The notes: generated from the sequence alone by a model not told the origin. Positions 10,686-21,901 are shown, numbered from the whole stretch's first letter. The stretch: 63,273 bases of DNA, filler included, from Salisapilia sapeloensis CBS 127946 (GCA_023334545.1; 7 parts of 7 records of this genome joined end to end with filler, not necessarily neighbours in it); one strand, 5' to 3'. Numbers and translations are program-made.

Positions 10686-11645
10686 ATGGACGAGTGGGTC
10701 GACAGCGAGTTGGAGAGCGAGGACTCTCCACGCTCACGAGACTTCTCCACCGACATGTTCGCCAATACGCCAAATAATAAATCATACCAGAAAGTGAACG
10801 GAAATGCGTTCTCTGCGTCCGACGATGGCGTGGCAAATCTACCTATGCCGACGCTTTCGTCCTACCGCGACATCCCAGTGTGCATGGTGCCGCAGCGAGT
10901 GAGTGGTCGTGCGAAAGAATCCAAGCAGCTGATCACGCGTGATATTCAAGCCCAATCATTGTCTCAAGTCTCGATGGCGTGCAACGCTGTCGTTGTTCGC
11001 GGCGCCTCTGGCAGCTATTACGTCTATCATTTCGAAATCACGAGCGACTTTTACAAGCAAAAGTGGGTCGTATGCAAGCGCTATTCAGAGCTGTATCGTC
11101 TACGAAAGCTATTGCTCACTCGCTTATCCCGGCATAAGAATCCACAGACACTTCGCAAGTGTTCATGCTGCTGCGATATTGGGAAGAAGCTCAAACGCAC
11201 TTCGTTTCCCAAACGCTTTGCACCTTTTGAAGACGCCACCGCTCTTGTTCAGAAGAGGACGTCTGGCCTCGAAGGTTTCATCTCGAGTGCATGCCAGTTT
11301 CTCGCTGCTGATCCGGAACAAGGTGAATTCGACGGTATGGCAGTCGTTTGTCGAGAAGTCCAGGCGTTGCGACAAAAAGTAAAAGAGTTTCTCCAGTTCC
11401 CACTCGACCATGAAGCCCAGCACATTCGATCGATATGGCAGCTAAAGTACGTGGACGCTCGAGACGTCCAGCTAGATACAGACTCGTGCCCCATTTGCCT
11501 ATGCGAATGGGTGGAACTAGATGGGAATCGACTCGTCCTATCTCCCTGTGGCCACTTTTTCCATGAACACTGCATCAATGAATGGTACCGCACTCGCTTC
11601 GACTGTCCTATGTGTCGAACGATAGCTGGTGAACCATTCGCTTAA
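10686..11645 (+). CDS. PX-domain plus RING-H2 putative E3 ligase
   Basis: PX-like YVYHFEI...WVVCKRYSELYRLR...FPKR...KRTSGLEGFI. C-terminal CPICLCEW...PCGHFFHEHCINEW...CPMCR is a RING-H2 finger. Start codon uncertain. Confidence 0.8.
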   Translation: MDEWVDSELESEDSPRSRDFSTDMFANTPNNKSYQKVNGNAFSASDDGVANLPMPTLSSYRDIPVCMVPQRVSGRAKESKQLITRDIQAQSLSQVSMACNAVVVRGASGSYYVYHFEITSDFYKQKWVVCKRYSELYRLRKLLLTRLSRHKNPQTLRKCSCCCDIGKKLKRTSFPKRFAPFEDATALVQKRTSGLEGFISSACQFLAADPEQGEFDGMAVVCREVQALRQKVKEFLQFPLDHEAQHIRSIWQLKYVDARDVQLDTDSCPICLCEWVELDGNRLVLSPCGHFFHEHCINEWYRTRFDCPMCRTIAGEPFA

Positions 11646-11688
11646 ATACGTTTAAATCTTGCAACAAGAGTGTCTTTGTCTTTTATTC

Positions 11689-14600
11689 CTATTCTCTTCC
11701 TAGTCGAGACAAGTGGAAACCAGCTTGTTCGAACTCGTCTTCTCCACCTTGCTTGCCTATGATCGCACACTTGGCTTGCTTGACGCTGTCGTCGTTAAAG
11801 TGTTTCTGAGCAACGTCCATAAGGCTCTGTCTCGTCACTGACAAATACTGTTCACGACGCTTTTGACGCATGTCGTTCGAGATACCTCGCATGAACGACG
11901 TCTTGCCCTTGCTCGAAGGCGTCTGAGGCGCGTCGACACTGGCAAAGACGGACAGTTGGGCTTCCGATACGTCGCGATCGGAGAACCCGCCGTCTCGCGC
12001 CCAGTTCAACGCTCGTTCATAAGCCTTAATAGTCGCCCACGTCTGCGGGTCATAGTGAGACGCAAAGGAGAAGGCTCCTTCGCCCATACCAGCCATGGAT
12101 CCGTACGCACCACCAGTCTCCCGAACGTCTTGATGGACGACACAAGAGGACATGAGCTGGGCCAGGACGGTCAATGGAACGTGGTCGTCATGTGCGAACG
12201 AGACACTCGGTAGCGCTTGAGCGACAAAGTTAACGGAAATAGGGAAACCAAAGTACGCGTTCGTCGGTGCATCCCTCAAATCCGTGAGCAAAGACGACAC
12301 GAACGGATCGACAGACGTGTCCAAGGACGGCGCATCCGATTGCTGATACAATGGACGCAAGAGCTGCGAATCTAGTGCTGCCTCCACTTGCGTCTGCTGT
12401 GTCGATTCCGCAACAACAGAGATACGCAAATGCTGTGGGCTGAAGACAACCTTGGACAGTTTCTCCAGCACAAGAGCGAGGTCACGTAGCTCGGCATCTG
12501 ATGCACGCGCCCACTGCTGCAACAATTGAACGTGCGTGAGTCCGCCGTACACTTCCTGGTATGGCGCAGACGCAGTGAGACCTAGACGAGCCCTGCGTCC
12601 AGCCAACGGAGCGCCAGAGGAAGAGATGGAGTTGGCTGCATTTGCCGCACTGCTCTGTAGAAGGATACGCAACTGCGCGAGGTTCCTATCGTCCGTGAAC
12701 TGCGTGTCGGTCAGCACTTGCGTGAGTAGCTGAAGGTTGTCATCGAGTTTGTGCGGTAGGCACATACTCGAGACGAGAAGCTGCTGCTGACTATGGTTCG
12801 CAGCGTCTGATAAGTCCGGATGCGCCTGCGGAGCAAAGGAGATGCCGCCACTGCAGTTCTGAACAGCCGTCTGCAGCGCATCGTGCGATAGACTGGAGGT
12901 GCCTAGCGCACCGACGACAGAGGCGAGGAGAGGCAGGTAGGCATGGTACTCGAATGGGATGTTGGCGTCCTGGATATCAAAGAGAAGACGTAGGTAGCAC
13001 ACTTCGTTTGTCGTGGGCACCTGCACAAACTCGACTGGTGTCTCCTTTTCGCCTACTCTAGTATACACAATATCATCTAGATTCTCCTTGTGGACCGTCG
13101 GAATGTCTTGGACGTTCAAAGTAGGTAGACACTCAACTGGTTGCTCTGCCTTTTGATACGTCTCGAGTTCATTACTTTCCTTTTGGATGCGTAAAACGTC
13201 TTCTTCCGAAAGAGAAGCATGTAGTTGTTGTAACTCTTCCTTCTCCTTGTCTTCTAGAGACTGGACGTAGGAAGCGTTAGGCTCCATGAACAAACGGACG
13301 CTCTTGGTGTCGTTCGATAGGAGGTAGGTGCTGATGTAACTTTCTAAGAATCGGGGATCTTGCTTCATCTTTGAGCGTAATTCGGACAAGACCGGATTCA
13401 CCTGCAAGTTAGAGGCAACGTCACCGTCATGAGCCCAGATGGAGCTGACCCCATGCATCAGATTGAGACCAAAGTTGCTTGAAATGTGCTTGATACTGAG
13501 TTCCAGCTGGTGTAACAACGCGTCTACACGTTCCGAGTCAAAGCCATTTGCTACGACTTGGTGTAACGTCGTCTCAATGGCCTTTTCAATGTCGTCTACA
13601 GACGCTTGACCGTTCGATAGACCTTCCAACGCGATACCGAAGGAAGTGTAATACGTAGACGTGTCAAAGCCAGTGCCGACAGCAAAGTCTTGCGCCAGTC
13701 CAGTGTCAATAAGTGCCTTGTACAGCTCCGACGACGGGCCGTTGGTCAGAAGGTAGCCAACAACACGCAGCACGAACGTGTTGAAAGCGTCTGTAGACGG
13801 AACAGGAAGTAGTTTCGTCGTTGCGAACTTAGTATTGTCTCCACCTTCGCCCATATTGGCCGTCGGACCCTGCATGACAATCATCTCCGGCTTCTTTCCA
13901 TCCGATTTAATGGAAAAGTCGTCCGTGGATACTCGAATGGCTTCCGACGGAGCGTTGTATTCGAATCGAGACAAGACCTTCTCGTCCAAATACTGCAGGT
14001 GATCCGTTAGCGGCAGATCTCCGTAGGTGTAGAACATAGAGTTCGTCGGGTGGTAGTGCTGGGCGTGGAAGTCTGTCAATTGCTCGTACGTGAGAGATGG
14101 GATGACACTTGGGTCACCACCACTAACGTTGCCATAGATACTTCCTTTCAACAGCTCTTGCTGCAACCTCGTGGCGAAGAGATTGTCACTGTCGGACATG
14201 ACGCCCTTCATTTCATTCAACACGACACCTTTACGCACGAGTTCCTTTGATTCAGAGTCGATCTCTAGACGGTGGCCTTCTTGTAGAAAGTCAAGGCGAT
14301 GGAGGTGAGGGAAGAAGGCTGCATCACAGTAGACGGACAGGAGATTCTTCCAGTCCTCTGCGTTCGTCGTCGCGAACGGGTACATGGTGTGGTCGTATGC
14401 CGTCATGGCGTTCATGAATGTATTCAAGGATCGCTTCAGCATGTTGAAAAACGGATCGCGGACCGGATACTGCTGCGAGCCACACAGAACCGTGTGCTCG
14501 AGAATATGCGGCACTCCGTTCGAGTTGTACGGTGGCGTCTTGAACATGACGCTAAAGACGTTGTTTGCATCTGCAGCATCAATATGGAGATACCTGGCTT

Positions 14601-14835
14601 TGGTTCGATCATGAACTAGTTCCAACGCTTCGACATTGTACTCTGGCACGGGTGTCCGTTGTACGAGGCGAAAGTTGTGATACGTCTCGCCAATCTGCAG
14701 TTTACTGCAGCCTTCTCCACGTTGTAGCTCCGTAGAAGAGGCCGTAGAGCTCGAGGCGGTGGTAAAGGTCCGCGAGACGTACGTCGGACGATGCACGGCG
14801 GCCCGACGTCCGGCTAGAGACCACTGTCGGATCAT
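11689..14835 (-). CDS. PreP: Mitochondrial presequence protease (M16C metallopeptidase)
   Basis: 1048 aa with inverted zinc motif GVPHILEHTVLCGS, RDPFFNMLKRSLNTFMNAMT and VRETGGAYG. The Arg/Ser/Thr-rich N-terminus resembles a mitochondrial targeting peptide. Confidence 0.93.
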   Translation of the reverse strand: MIRQWSLAGRRAAVHRPTYVSRTFTTASSSTASSTELQRGEGCSKLQIGETYHNFRLVQRTPVPEYNVEALELVHDRTKARYLHIDAADANNVFSVMFKTPPYNSNGVPHILEHTVLCGSQQYPVRDPFFNMLKRSLNTFMNAMTAYDHTMYPFATTNAEDWKNLLSVYCDAAFFPHLHRLDFLQEGHRLEIDSESKELVRKGVVLNEMKGVMSDSDNLFATRLQQELLKGSIYGNVSGGDPSVIPSLTYEQLTDFHAQHYHPTNSMFYTYGDLPLTDHLQYLDEKVLSRFEYNAPSEAIRVSTDDFSIKSDGKKPEMIVMQGPTANMGEGGDNTKFATTKLLPVPSTDAFNTFVLRVVGYLLTNGPSSELYKALIDTGLAQDFAVGTGFDTSTYYTSFGIALEGLSNGQASVDDIEKAIETTLHQVVANGFDSERVDALLHQLELSIKHISSNFGLNLMHGVSSIWAHDGDVASNLQVNPVLSELRSKMKQDPRFLESYISTYLLSNDTKSVRLFMEPNASYVQSLEDKEKEELQQLHASLSEEDVLRIQKESNELETYQKAEQPVECLPTLNVQDIPTVHKENLDDIVYTRVGEKETPVEFVQVPTTNEVCYLRLLFDIQDANIPFEYHAYLPLLASVVGALGTSSLSHDALQTAVQNCSGGISFAPQAHPDLSDAANHSQQQLLVSSMCLPHKLDDNLQLLTQVLTDTQFTDDRNLAQLRILLQSSAANAANSISSSGAPLAGRRARLGLTASAPYQEVYGGLTHVQLLQQWARASDAELRDLALVLEKLSKVVFSPQHLRISVVAESTQQTQVEAALDSQLLRPLYQQSDAPSLDTSVDPFVSSLLTDLRDAPTNAYFGFPISVNFVAQALPSVSFAHDDHVPLTVLAQLMSSCVVHQDVRETGGAYGSMAGMGEGAFSFASHYDPQTWATIKAYERALNWARDGGFSDRDVSEAQLSVFASVDAPQTPSSKGKTSFMRGISNDMRQKRREQYLSVTRQSLMDVAQKHFNDDSVKQAKCAIIGKQGGEDEFEQAGFHLSRLGRE

Positions 14836-15718
14836 AGTTTTCTTTTCTTTTGTGTTTGCTGGTCAACGATCTGAAGGAGGTTGGCCAATGAGAAAGAAGG
14901 TCGGACATTTAGTGAAGTGGGAATAAAAGTTCAATATAAAGTGGTTTTAAGCTAGCGCACGGAGGATGGATTGAAAAGTTACATGATCGCTTTGTATCGA
15001 TGTTAAATGCTTTTCGCAATTTATTGGTGCAATGGCGGCTTCTCATAGTTTGCCTTGTCGCCATTTTGGTTTTAAATGTCAGCAAAATATCTTTGAGAAT
15101 CTGCTCTATAGAATAGAGCTCGATATTGAATCCTCATACTCATTCGTGTAGCTTATGGATGTAGTAACGCGATGTTATTTAGCTTGATACAAGCAGTTGT
15201 GGCTAGAAGGAAGTCACTAATATAAGTAGACCGTGAGATTGCCCTTTAGGTTACCGTCGATAACGACTGAAAAGTATACTGTCTATAACAGCGATAGCAG
15301 GATTGATGGCGATCTTCTAGTGTGTTTTAAGCTTCCTTGTCGTCTATATTGGTCCCTACGATTGTATGAATGTTCTTCGGTTCTTTTCCACAAATTGCGG
15401 CTTATGTGCTGTAAGTGGTAACTTCGGGCGAACTTGTAAATATTGGCACATTGGCAAATATCTAAGTACGAGGTGGCACATGGAACACGAAAACATATCA
15501 ATAATAAGTTGCTGTTGCCCAGCTTGCCCTAGTGCTACTAAATTCGGGCTCATGTGAACCGGTAAGTGCGATGCTTTCAGATAGATCCGATGACGTCATT
15601 ATACATTCACTCGCGAAGAATGCATGTTTCCACCGTCTGAAGCCATTCGTTGTCAAATAAAGCTTTCGACTACCAAACCTGACGTTTGGCTCGCGACTAA
15701 ATAATAGCAATAGAAGTC

Positions 15719-16252
15719 ATGCCAACGCCTGGTGATAGAGAAAACATTCTCATTCGAGAGTACCGAAGTGCGGACGAAACGCAGGTTGTAGCATTATTCA
15801 AATGTTCACAACAAGACCAGATTAACAAGGCTGATGCACCATTCAAACCGGAGATGACGTCTTACCTGGAGATGTGTATGCGAACTGACTTGGCGGACTT
15901 GGAGGGTACCTACTTGACTCCTGGCGGCAACTTTTGGGTTGCCGTTGATGGAGAGGAAATTGTCGGTATCGTTGGTGCGGAGAAAAAATCGGACGATTTA
16001 ATCGAGTTGAGGCGAATGGCGGTGGTTGCTTCCTATCGCCGTTTTGGACTTGGTCGACGACTAGTTAATCGACTAGAAACGTGGAGTCAAGAAAATGGTT
16101 TTCAACAGATCAGGCTGTATACTTTGGACATCATGAAGCATGCGATGGCTTTCTACGAATCGATGGGATATACATTGATGGAGGAGCGTGAAGTATTTGT
16201 GAAAGATCCTTGCACGTCCATCATTTCGTATACAAAGAAGCTAGATGGTTAA
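15719..16252 (+). CDS. GNAT-family N-acetyltransferase (NAT8/camello-like)
   Basis: 177 aa. GGNFWVA, then ELRRMAVVASYRRFGLGRRLV (acetyl-CoA motif A), then AMAFYESMGY. Confidence 0.88.
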   Translation: MPTPGDRENILIREYRSADETQVVALFKCSQQDQINKADAPFKPEMTSYLEMCMRTDLADLEGTYLTPGGNFWVAVDGEEIVGIVGAEKKSDDLIELRRMAVVASYRRFGLGRRLVNRLETWSQENGFQQIRLYTLDIMKHAMAFYESMGYTLMEEREVFVKDPCTSIISYTKKLDG

Positions 16253-17241
16253 AATGATAGAAAACTTTGTCGAATAGCTTTTTAATTTTATTACTTATCC
16301 TCATTGTAGAGGTCTATGCCCGGTTAAGCGTACCAGAGGTGGGCTCCTAAGGATGTCGTATTTTAAAATAATCTAACACACTTCTCATTCTTTGCAAAAA
16401 CAAGATAGTGGTCAATGCTCCTACCCCGATTTGTTTGCATAAAAGGAAACGGTAATCCTGGTCATGAAGATGCTGAAATCTGATTCGGTCATGGGAAATA
16501 ACTCAACAGTACTGAAAGTATGAAGCCGTAAAAATGATGCTTAGGTAGACAGTGTACTTCATTTGATATCAACGATCTCTTTGTTAATACCATCACATTG
16601 TATCAAAAACAGTTAGAGAGATAAATTTTACTGTCGTATAGGGAACGCTTCATGCTCATACATGTAGAACGTAAAGAGACTTTGTCTGTCAGCAACCGAT
16701 AGTGTAGTACAGTTTGTTTGACAGTATGTGCCAAGAGCTTTGTGCTCTTCTTGGCGTGTGCCAACATATTATTATTATCATAAGTATGTGGTATATTGCG
16801 TTATGTCTAGTAAAATCTAAGTAACGATCATTGTGATTTAGCACCTGGAAGGAGGTACACCTTGCCACACTGCAAGCAAAGAGGAATGCATCTAAGTTGC
16901 TTTTTAACGCGGCTAATATTCTTCCAGTAGGGCCGTTCAGAGTTCTTGCATCAAATGAATTTGTGAATGGGGTATATCAGAAGATAGATGATAATGCTGG
17001 AATTCGAGATATGAGGGATGGATCTGGAGATGCTGGAGAAGCCGCATGTCCAAAGGCTTCTCTGCTTGTTGATGTGGCCCTATGCAATAATGTATACGAA
17101 CGTCCTTGCTTACTTGCTTCCTTGTGACCTCATCCGTTCAGTTGATAGGACAACGTCAGCCATATTAATCGGATCTCTCTCTTCTTCTGGCTTGAGTATA
17201 TTCCGGAAAGCTCGTTGTAGCTTGTTCGCCACGCGATGCAA

Positions 17242-17794
17242 CTAAGCAAAGTCGATCAGCGCAAACACTTTGTCGTGTGGATAGACCGGCGTGTCACTCT
17301 TCGGGCAAGTGCACACGTATGGATAGGGAGCAGCCATCGGTCCTCCTCCTCGCAGCAACCCAATAGGAAACGCATGCGCTGTGCCCGCCGTCAAGTACTC
17401 AAAGACATCACTAAAGGTGAGGAAACTCTTTTTCAGCGACTTTGGGATACTGTAAGCATAAAGCAGCTCTTGCCATTCAAGATGCGTTGGATGAAGGGGT
17501 TGATAGACGGATTAAAGAAGCTCTGGATGAGTAAATCGTCTACTGCAAAGGACGGGAACAAGGCTCCTCGCATGAACCGTTCCTGGAAGAACGTCCCATC
17601 ATCCTGCTGAGATCCAGGCCAGAGATCCCCGAGACTCGGCAGCTCGTCATCGGCCGACACTTGACTTTGCTGCGCCTGTAGCAAGGCCGTGTGCTGCGAC
17701 AGCGTGTGCAAATTGCCCAAGAAGAAGGCTTTCAGCTGGACACCAAAGTTCCTCCAGACACGTCGCTGGTACTGGAACCAAGTCACTTTTCTCC
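17242..17794 (-). CDS. C-terminal fragment of a BK/Slo-like (RCK-domain) cation channel, with an apparent frameshift near 17454; 5' part lost in the gap
   Basis: ERFMRGALFPSFAVDDLLIQSFFNP continues in another frame as IPKSLKKSFLTFSDVFEYL...FPIGLLRG...YVCTCPKSDTPVYPHDKVFAL*. This matches the RCK2 tail pattern of Slo channels. Confidence 0.6.
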
Positions 17795-17894
17795 NNNNNN
17801 NNNNNNNNNNNNNNNNNNNNNNNNNNNNNNNNNNNNNNTTAATTAATTAANNNNNNNNNNNNNNNNNNNNNNNNNNNNNNNNNNNNNNNNNNNN
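17795..17894. other. Assembly spacer (44 N + TTAATTAATTAA + 44 N)
   Basis: Seen directly. The 12-mer carries stop codons in all six frames. Confidence 0.97.
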
Positions 17895-17896
17895 CA

Positions 17897-18037
17897 TGCC
17901 CCAAATTCGTTCGATCGTTGGCAGAGAAGTGTCTTTCGAATAACCCGGACGATCGCCCGACTGCCGTCAATATCCAGTACTACTTCCACGAATTGATGAA
18001 GCATGGGTCATCTCAGGACGATGCTACCTTTGAATAA
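17897..18037 (+). CDS. 3' end of a protein kinase gene (subdomain XI, TKL-like); the rest is lost in the gap
   Basis: Open frame from the gap edge: CPKFVRSLAEKCLSNNPDDRPTAVNIQYYF...*. Matches CP..L...CL..DP..RPTA. Confidence 0.75.
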   Translation, partial: CPKFVRSLAEKCLSNNPDDRPTAVNIQYYFHELMKHGSSQDDATFE

Positions 18038-18157
18038 AAGTTCATTCAACATGTAGATAAGACATACGACTCTTCTCATTTATTTTATTGAAAAGTCCGG
18101 TTATGCCCTATTGCTGCAGTGGACAAAAGGATCAAGTGGAGAATGGAACTCATTCTT

Positions 18158-18949
18158 CTACTCACTTGGAGGGTACACTTCTTCGATCTCATTAAACTTG
18201 GCGTAGAATCGTTTATCACGGAACACATTAAGCACTTTTCCGGCATTTGTAGTGTCCTTAAGACTTTCCATCATTGCTTCTCCAAGTGTCTCCGGTGCCA
18301 CTATGCCACCGTATGCATCGGATAGCCCAGGCACAGCATCTAGCGTTGGCTTTGTCATCGGAGTTTCAACAATGCCTGGAGCAACAGCTGTGACTCGAAC
18401 GTTTTGCTTGCCCTTTAGGAAGGCCATCGCTCGGGTAGCTTGAGCTACGCCAGCTTTGGCCGCAGCATAGTCTGGGTTTCCACCAGAGTTATAGACTCCA
18501 AAGATACTCGAAATATTGACGATCACACCTTCTTCACCTTCAGGTAGCTCCTTGAATTTGTGGATTGCCACCTGAGTACCACGTAGCACACTGGTAAGGT
18601 TGATTTCAATGACGCTTTTGTGCACTTGGTTCAGGTTGTCCGCGTGGAAATCCTGCGCTGGACCAATGCCGGCATTATTGATGAGGACGTTTGCCGGACG
18701 AGCAAAATGTGACTTGGATGCCTCAAAGACGCGGTCCCAATCTTCACTCACTGTTACATTTTGTTGGGCGGCGGTCACACGATCTTGGCCGTATGTAGAT
18801 TGTAGCTCCTCAAGAGTTTTATCGAGCAGATTCTTGTTAATATCAGTCAGCACGACGCGGCCACCGGCAGTAAGGATGTACTCGGCATACTTGCGACCGA
18901 GTCCTCCAGCAGAACCGGTGACAATGGCGACAATGTTGGTAGGCTCCAT
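18158..18949 (-). CDS. Short-chain dehydrogenase/reductase (15-PGDH-like), paralog A
   Basis: AIVTGSAGGLG, LINNAGI, VNISS, catalytic YAAAK, VAPGIVET. Likely ATG at 18949. Confidence 0.9.
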   Translation of the reverse strand: MEPTNIVAIVTGSAGGLGRKYAEYILTAGGRVVLTDINKNLLDKTLEELQSTYGQDRVTAAQQNVTVSEDWDRVFEASKSHFARPANVLINNAGIGPAQDFHADNLNQVHKSVIEINLTSVLRGTQVAIHKFKELPEGEEGVIVNISSIFGVYNSGGNPDYAAAKAGVAQATRAMAFLKGKQNVRVTAVAPGIVETPMTKPTLDAVPGLSDAYGGIVAPETLGEAMMESLKDTTNAGKVLNVFRDKRFYAKFNEIEEVYPPSE

Positions 18950-18978
18950 AGTGGTATGGTCTTTGATGGTTCCAGCGC

Positions 18979-18992
18979 GAATTTGAAAATGC
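18979..18992 (-). promoter_or_regulatory. Oomycete INR+FPR core promoter element (first base deviates)
   Basis: Minus-strand GCATTTTCAAATTC fits CATTYBNNNWTTY, about 30 nt upstream of the SDR ATG. Confidence 0.55.
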
Positions 18993-20485
18993 GGTACGAA
19001 CTGAGCAAAAATTGACACACGATCTGATCACATTGAAGAGGATCCGTTTACGACTCGTCGATGCATCTCATGAAGGCACGGCAATGATAATGTTGCATAT
19101 GGCAGTGTATAGTATCTGCTCAACGCTGGACTGTGCAGAAAGTACAATTTAAAGACTGTAATGTATTTGAGCAAGGTCAAGAAGAACGACTTTGGGAGTG
19201 CTTGAGTAGATAGTAGCATCTAAATAAATATAAACTTTCTGTATGCACCTCTTCTGTCGAGCGCTGGCTTTTGTATTTGCATGCATCTCTCTGTATCCTG
19301 AATACGCTTGTCGGGATTCATCTGTTCTCTTCGTATTCAGTATTGTGCCATATACCGATGCTAGAAATGGACGCAACTTTCGCGCTGGATCCGTGGTGTG
19401 GATGAGCAAGGTGCTATAAACTACATCAGTGTTTAAAACAAATCATATATAAGATGCTAGTGAACTGGAAGGTGGACTGACCGTTCTTTGACTTCCTTTT
19501 CGACTTCAGTTGCCCATGAGGCTACATGTTGGTAGGCGAGTACCCAGTAGGTCATCGACTCGAACGAAAAGCTGGATACTGACGTCGATGATCGTATTGT
19601 TGTAGTTGAAAGGAGTAGCTCTGAGAGCTTTTCTTGAAGGTAGGAAGGTAGTAAAAGGTGTGCATATCTAGCAACTTTTCATGTGAGACGGCAGAATAAG
19701 TAACTGCCAAAACGTAAAACATCTTCCGTTATATATATCATATCCGCTAGTACTGCAGCTATCTTTTCTTTACACTCATCCACCCCATGTAGACATTCAT
19801 ACTTTTTCTTCAGTCCTAGAGCTTTAGCGATATTTCACGATAAGCTTAGGCGAATAGTGCATTTCCTCGTGGCTCTTCTGCGGTGCGTGCCTAGCTGCCA
19901 CGTAGTCGAGTTGGGGTATTCTGTTTGTTTTATGCTCTATACAAGCATTCTTCGTCGTGGTGTCAGTATCCGGTAACGGCAGTAAATGTTACTCGCTTAG
20001 TTCGTTCATCCTATCGATAAATGCACTGTGGTATCTCTGCAACCTCACTTATATTAACACGGACAGTACGGTAGATTGACATGAGTGGTTCATCATGTGT
20101 CTATCGTTATTTACAGTATCGACCTACTTAAACGGACTTCTATTTATGTGCCTGTGGAATAGTGCAGTACACGGAAAACGAGAAACTATTAATGCAAAAA
20201 CAGGTGGCGATATGTGTGTACTAGCTGTGATATTGACACGATAACGAGCAGATCCGTTACTGGAGTATCCTGTATCTCAGCCCTAAGCCATTTCGTCCAT
20301 GCATTGTGGCATCGAACACATCTCACCGCATAAATAGTACTCAAAAGCCTCTACTACCCATCGTTGTGTGGTTGAAGGCCTAACGTGTCATCAAGGGAGA
20401 CAATTAAATGGTGGCATAGGCCCATCCTGCTCATTCGCCAATATCTCAGCAAACCCCCAAAGCACGTACAAATCATTTGAACAAG

Positions 20486-21271
20486 ATGACTCTAACGCAG
20501 CTATATGCGATTGTAACTGGCGGTGCTTCCGGGCTTGGACGTGAAATCTCACGCAGCATCCTCGAAGCTGGAGGAAGTGTCTTTGTCACGGACGTGAACA
20601 AGGAGACTTTGGATACCACGGTAAGCGACTTCCGATCTACATACGGAGAAGCTCGTGTAGGTGGTGCTCAGCAAAATGTAACAGAAGAAGACAGTTGGAA
20701 AGTCGTGTTCAATGCTGCCGAGTCTCACTTTAAGCGCCCGGCCAATTGCCTCGTGAACAATGCTGGCATTGGCACGAATGGCACCTTTTACGATGATGAT
20801 CTGAACAAGAGTCACGTATCTGTTGCCAACATTAACTTTACGGCCGTGTTGAATGGCTGCCAATACGCTCTTCACAAATTCAAGGATCTACCTGAAGGAC
20901 AAGAAGGTTTGATTGTGAACATCGCGAGTATCCTCGGTGTCATCCCATACTCGATGGCACCTGACTATTGTGGCACGAAAGCTGCTTTGATCCACATGAC
21001 AAGAGCATTCGAATCTATGAAAAGCCAACGCAACATTCGTGTGACGTGTGTTGCTCCAGGGTTTGTCAAAACACCTGCGACTCGACTTGTTTTGAAAGAT
21101 GACCCGACAATCGGTGACCCTTTCGGTGGCTTCATGGAGCCTGAGGTACTTGGCAAAGCCTTTGTCGCTTCGGCTTCGGACAAGGAAAATGCCGGCAAGA
21201 CCTTGATTGTGCTACCGGAAAAGCGTTTCTACGCAAAGTTCACTCAGCCAGAAGATCTCTTTAAGCAATAG
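20486..21271 (+). CDS. Short-chain dehydrogenase/reductase, paralog B
   Basis: AIVTGGASGLG, LVNNAGI, VNIAS, YCGTK, VAPGFVKT. Colinear with paralog A through to the C-terminal KRFYAKF. Confidence 0.9.
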   Translation: MTLTQLYAIVTGGASGLGREISRSILEAGGSVFVTDVNKETLDTTVSDFRSTYGEARVGGAQQNVTEEDSWKVVFNAAESHFKRPANCLVNNAGIGTNGTFYDDDLNKSHVSVANINFTAVLNGCQYALHKFKDLPEGQEGLIVNIASILGVIPYSMAPDYCGTKAALIHMTRAFESMKSQRNIRVTCVAPGFVKTPATRLVLKDDPTIGDPFGGFMEPEVLGKAFVASASDKENAGKTLIVLPEKRFYAKFTQPEDLFKQ

Positions 21272-21901
21272 AACAAACAATGCCGTATCAACTATCTTGC
21301 CATAAGGCTATCTTTTTTAATTACGCATTCGCCCTCTTTCATGTCTTTGCTTCGTCTCTCACGTTCGAGATATCTTGGCAATACGATCGGCTTGGAAGAA
21401 AGTGCGTTGATACCGAATGCCTTACGGTGTCTAGTGTTTGCTGTCACGCGCTAGTCGTGTAGCATCATACCGGCTTAACCATTGTACGCTGTGATTGCCT
21501 CTTTCGTACCAACAAGCACCAATGTATCTATACTACCGATGCAAGAGTTCGGCTAAACTGTTGTAACATGCTAGCAGCACAACTGGACTCTGTACAGTTC
21601 CTGCACGTGAGCATGTAACCGCCATATTCTCTTTCCAACTTGACCCTCAACTCCTCCTCATTGCAACATACAAAGCCATGCATGCAGCAATAAACAAATA
21701 GAAATCAAAAGTAAAAGTTTGTTATTTGTTCATCCACATACTATTGCTACTTCAGTACAACTCGTAAACTCCATCCAACTGGCGATATAGACGGGCGCCA
21801 ATCCACTCATAAGCCACCTTCCCATCATTTAGCATCTGCCCTGTCCAGTACTTGTAACACGCTCCTCCTCACCCACACACCAGTCTCAATAGTACTCGAA
21901 C

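Noticed and set aside
15498-15710. hAT-type TTF zinc-finger remnant (TTNGFRRWKHA)
   Set aside because: Only one short motif; the flanking Cys/His ligands are not found.
16897-17245. Merlin/IS1595-like transposase remnant (GWIWRC, RLLCLLMW)
   Set aside because: The fragments lie in different frames and are too short to support a call.
17839-17850. TTAATTAATTAA as a biological motif (six copies)
   Set aside because: It always sits between exactly 44 N on each side, so it is an artificial six-frame-stop linker. ORF ends such as ...XXLIN are artefacts of it.
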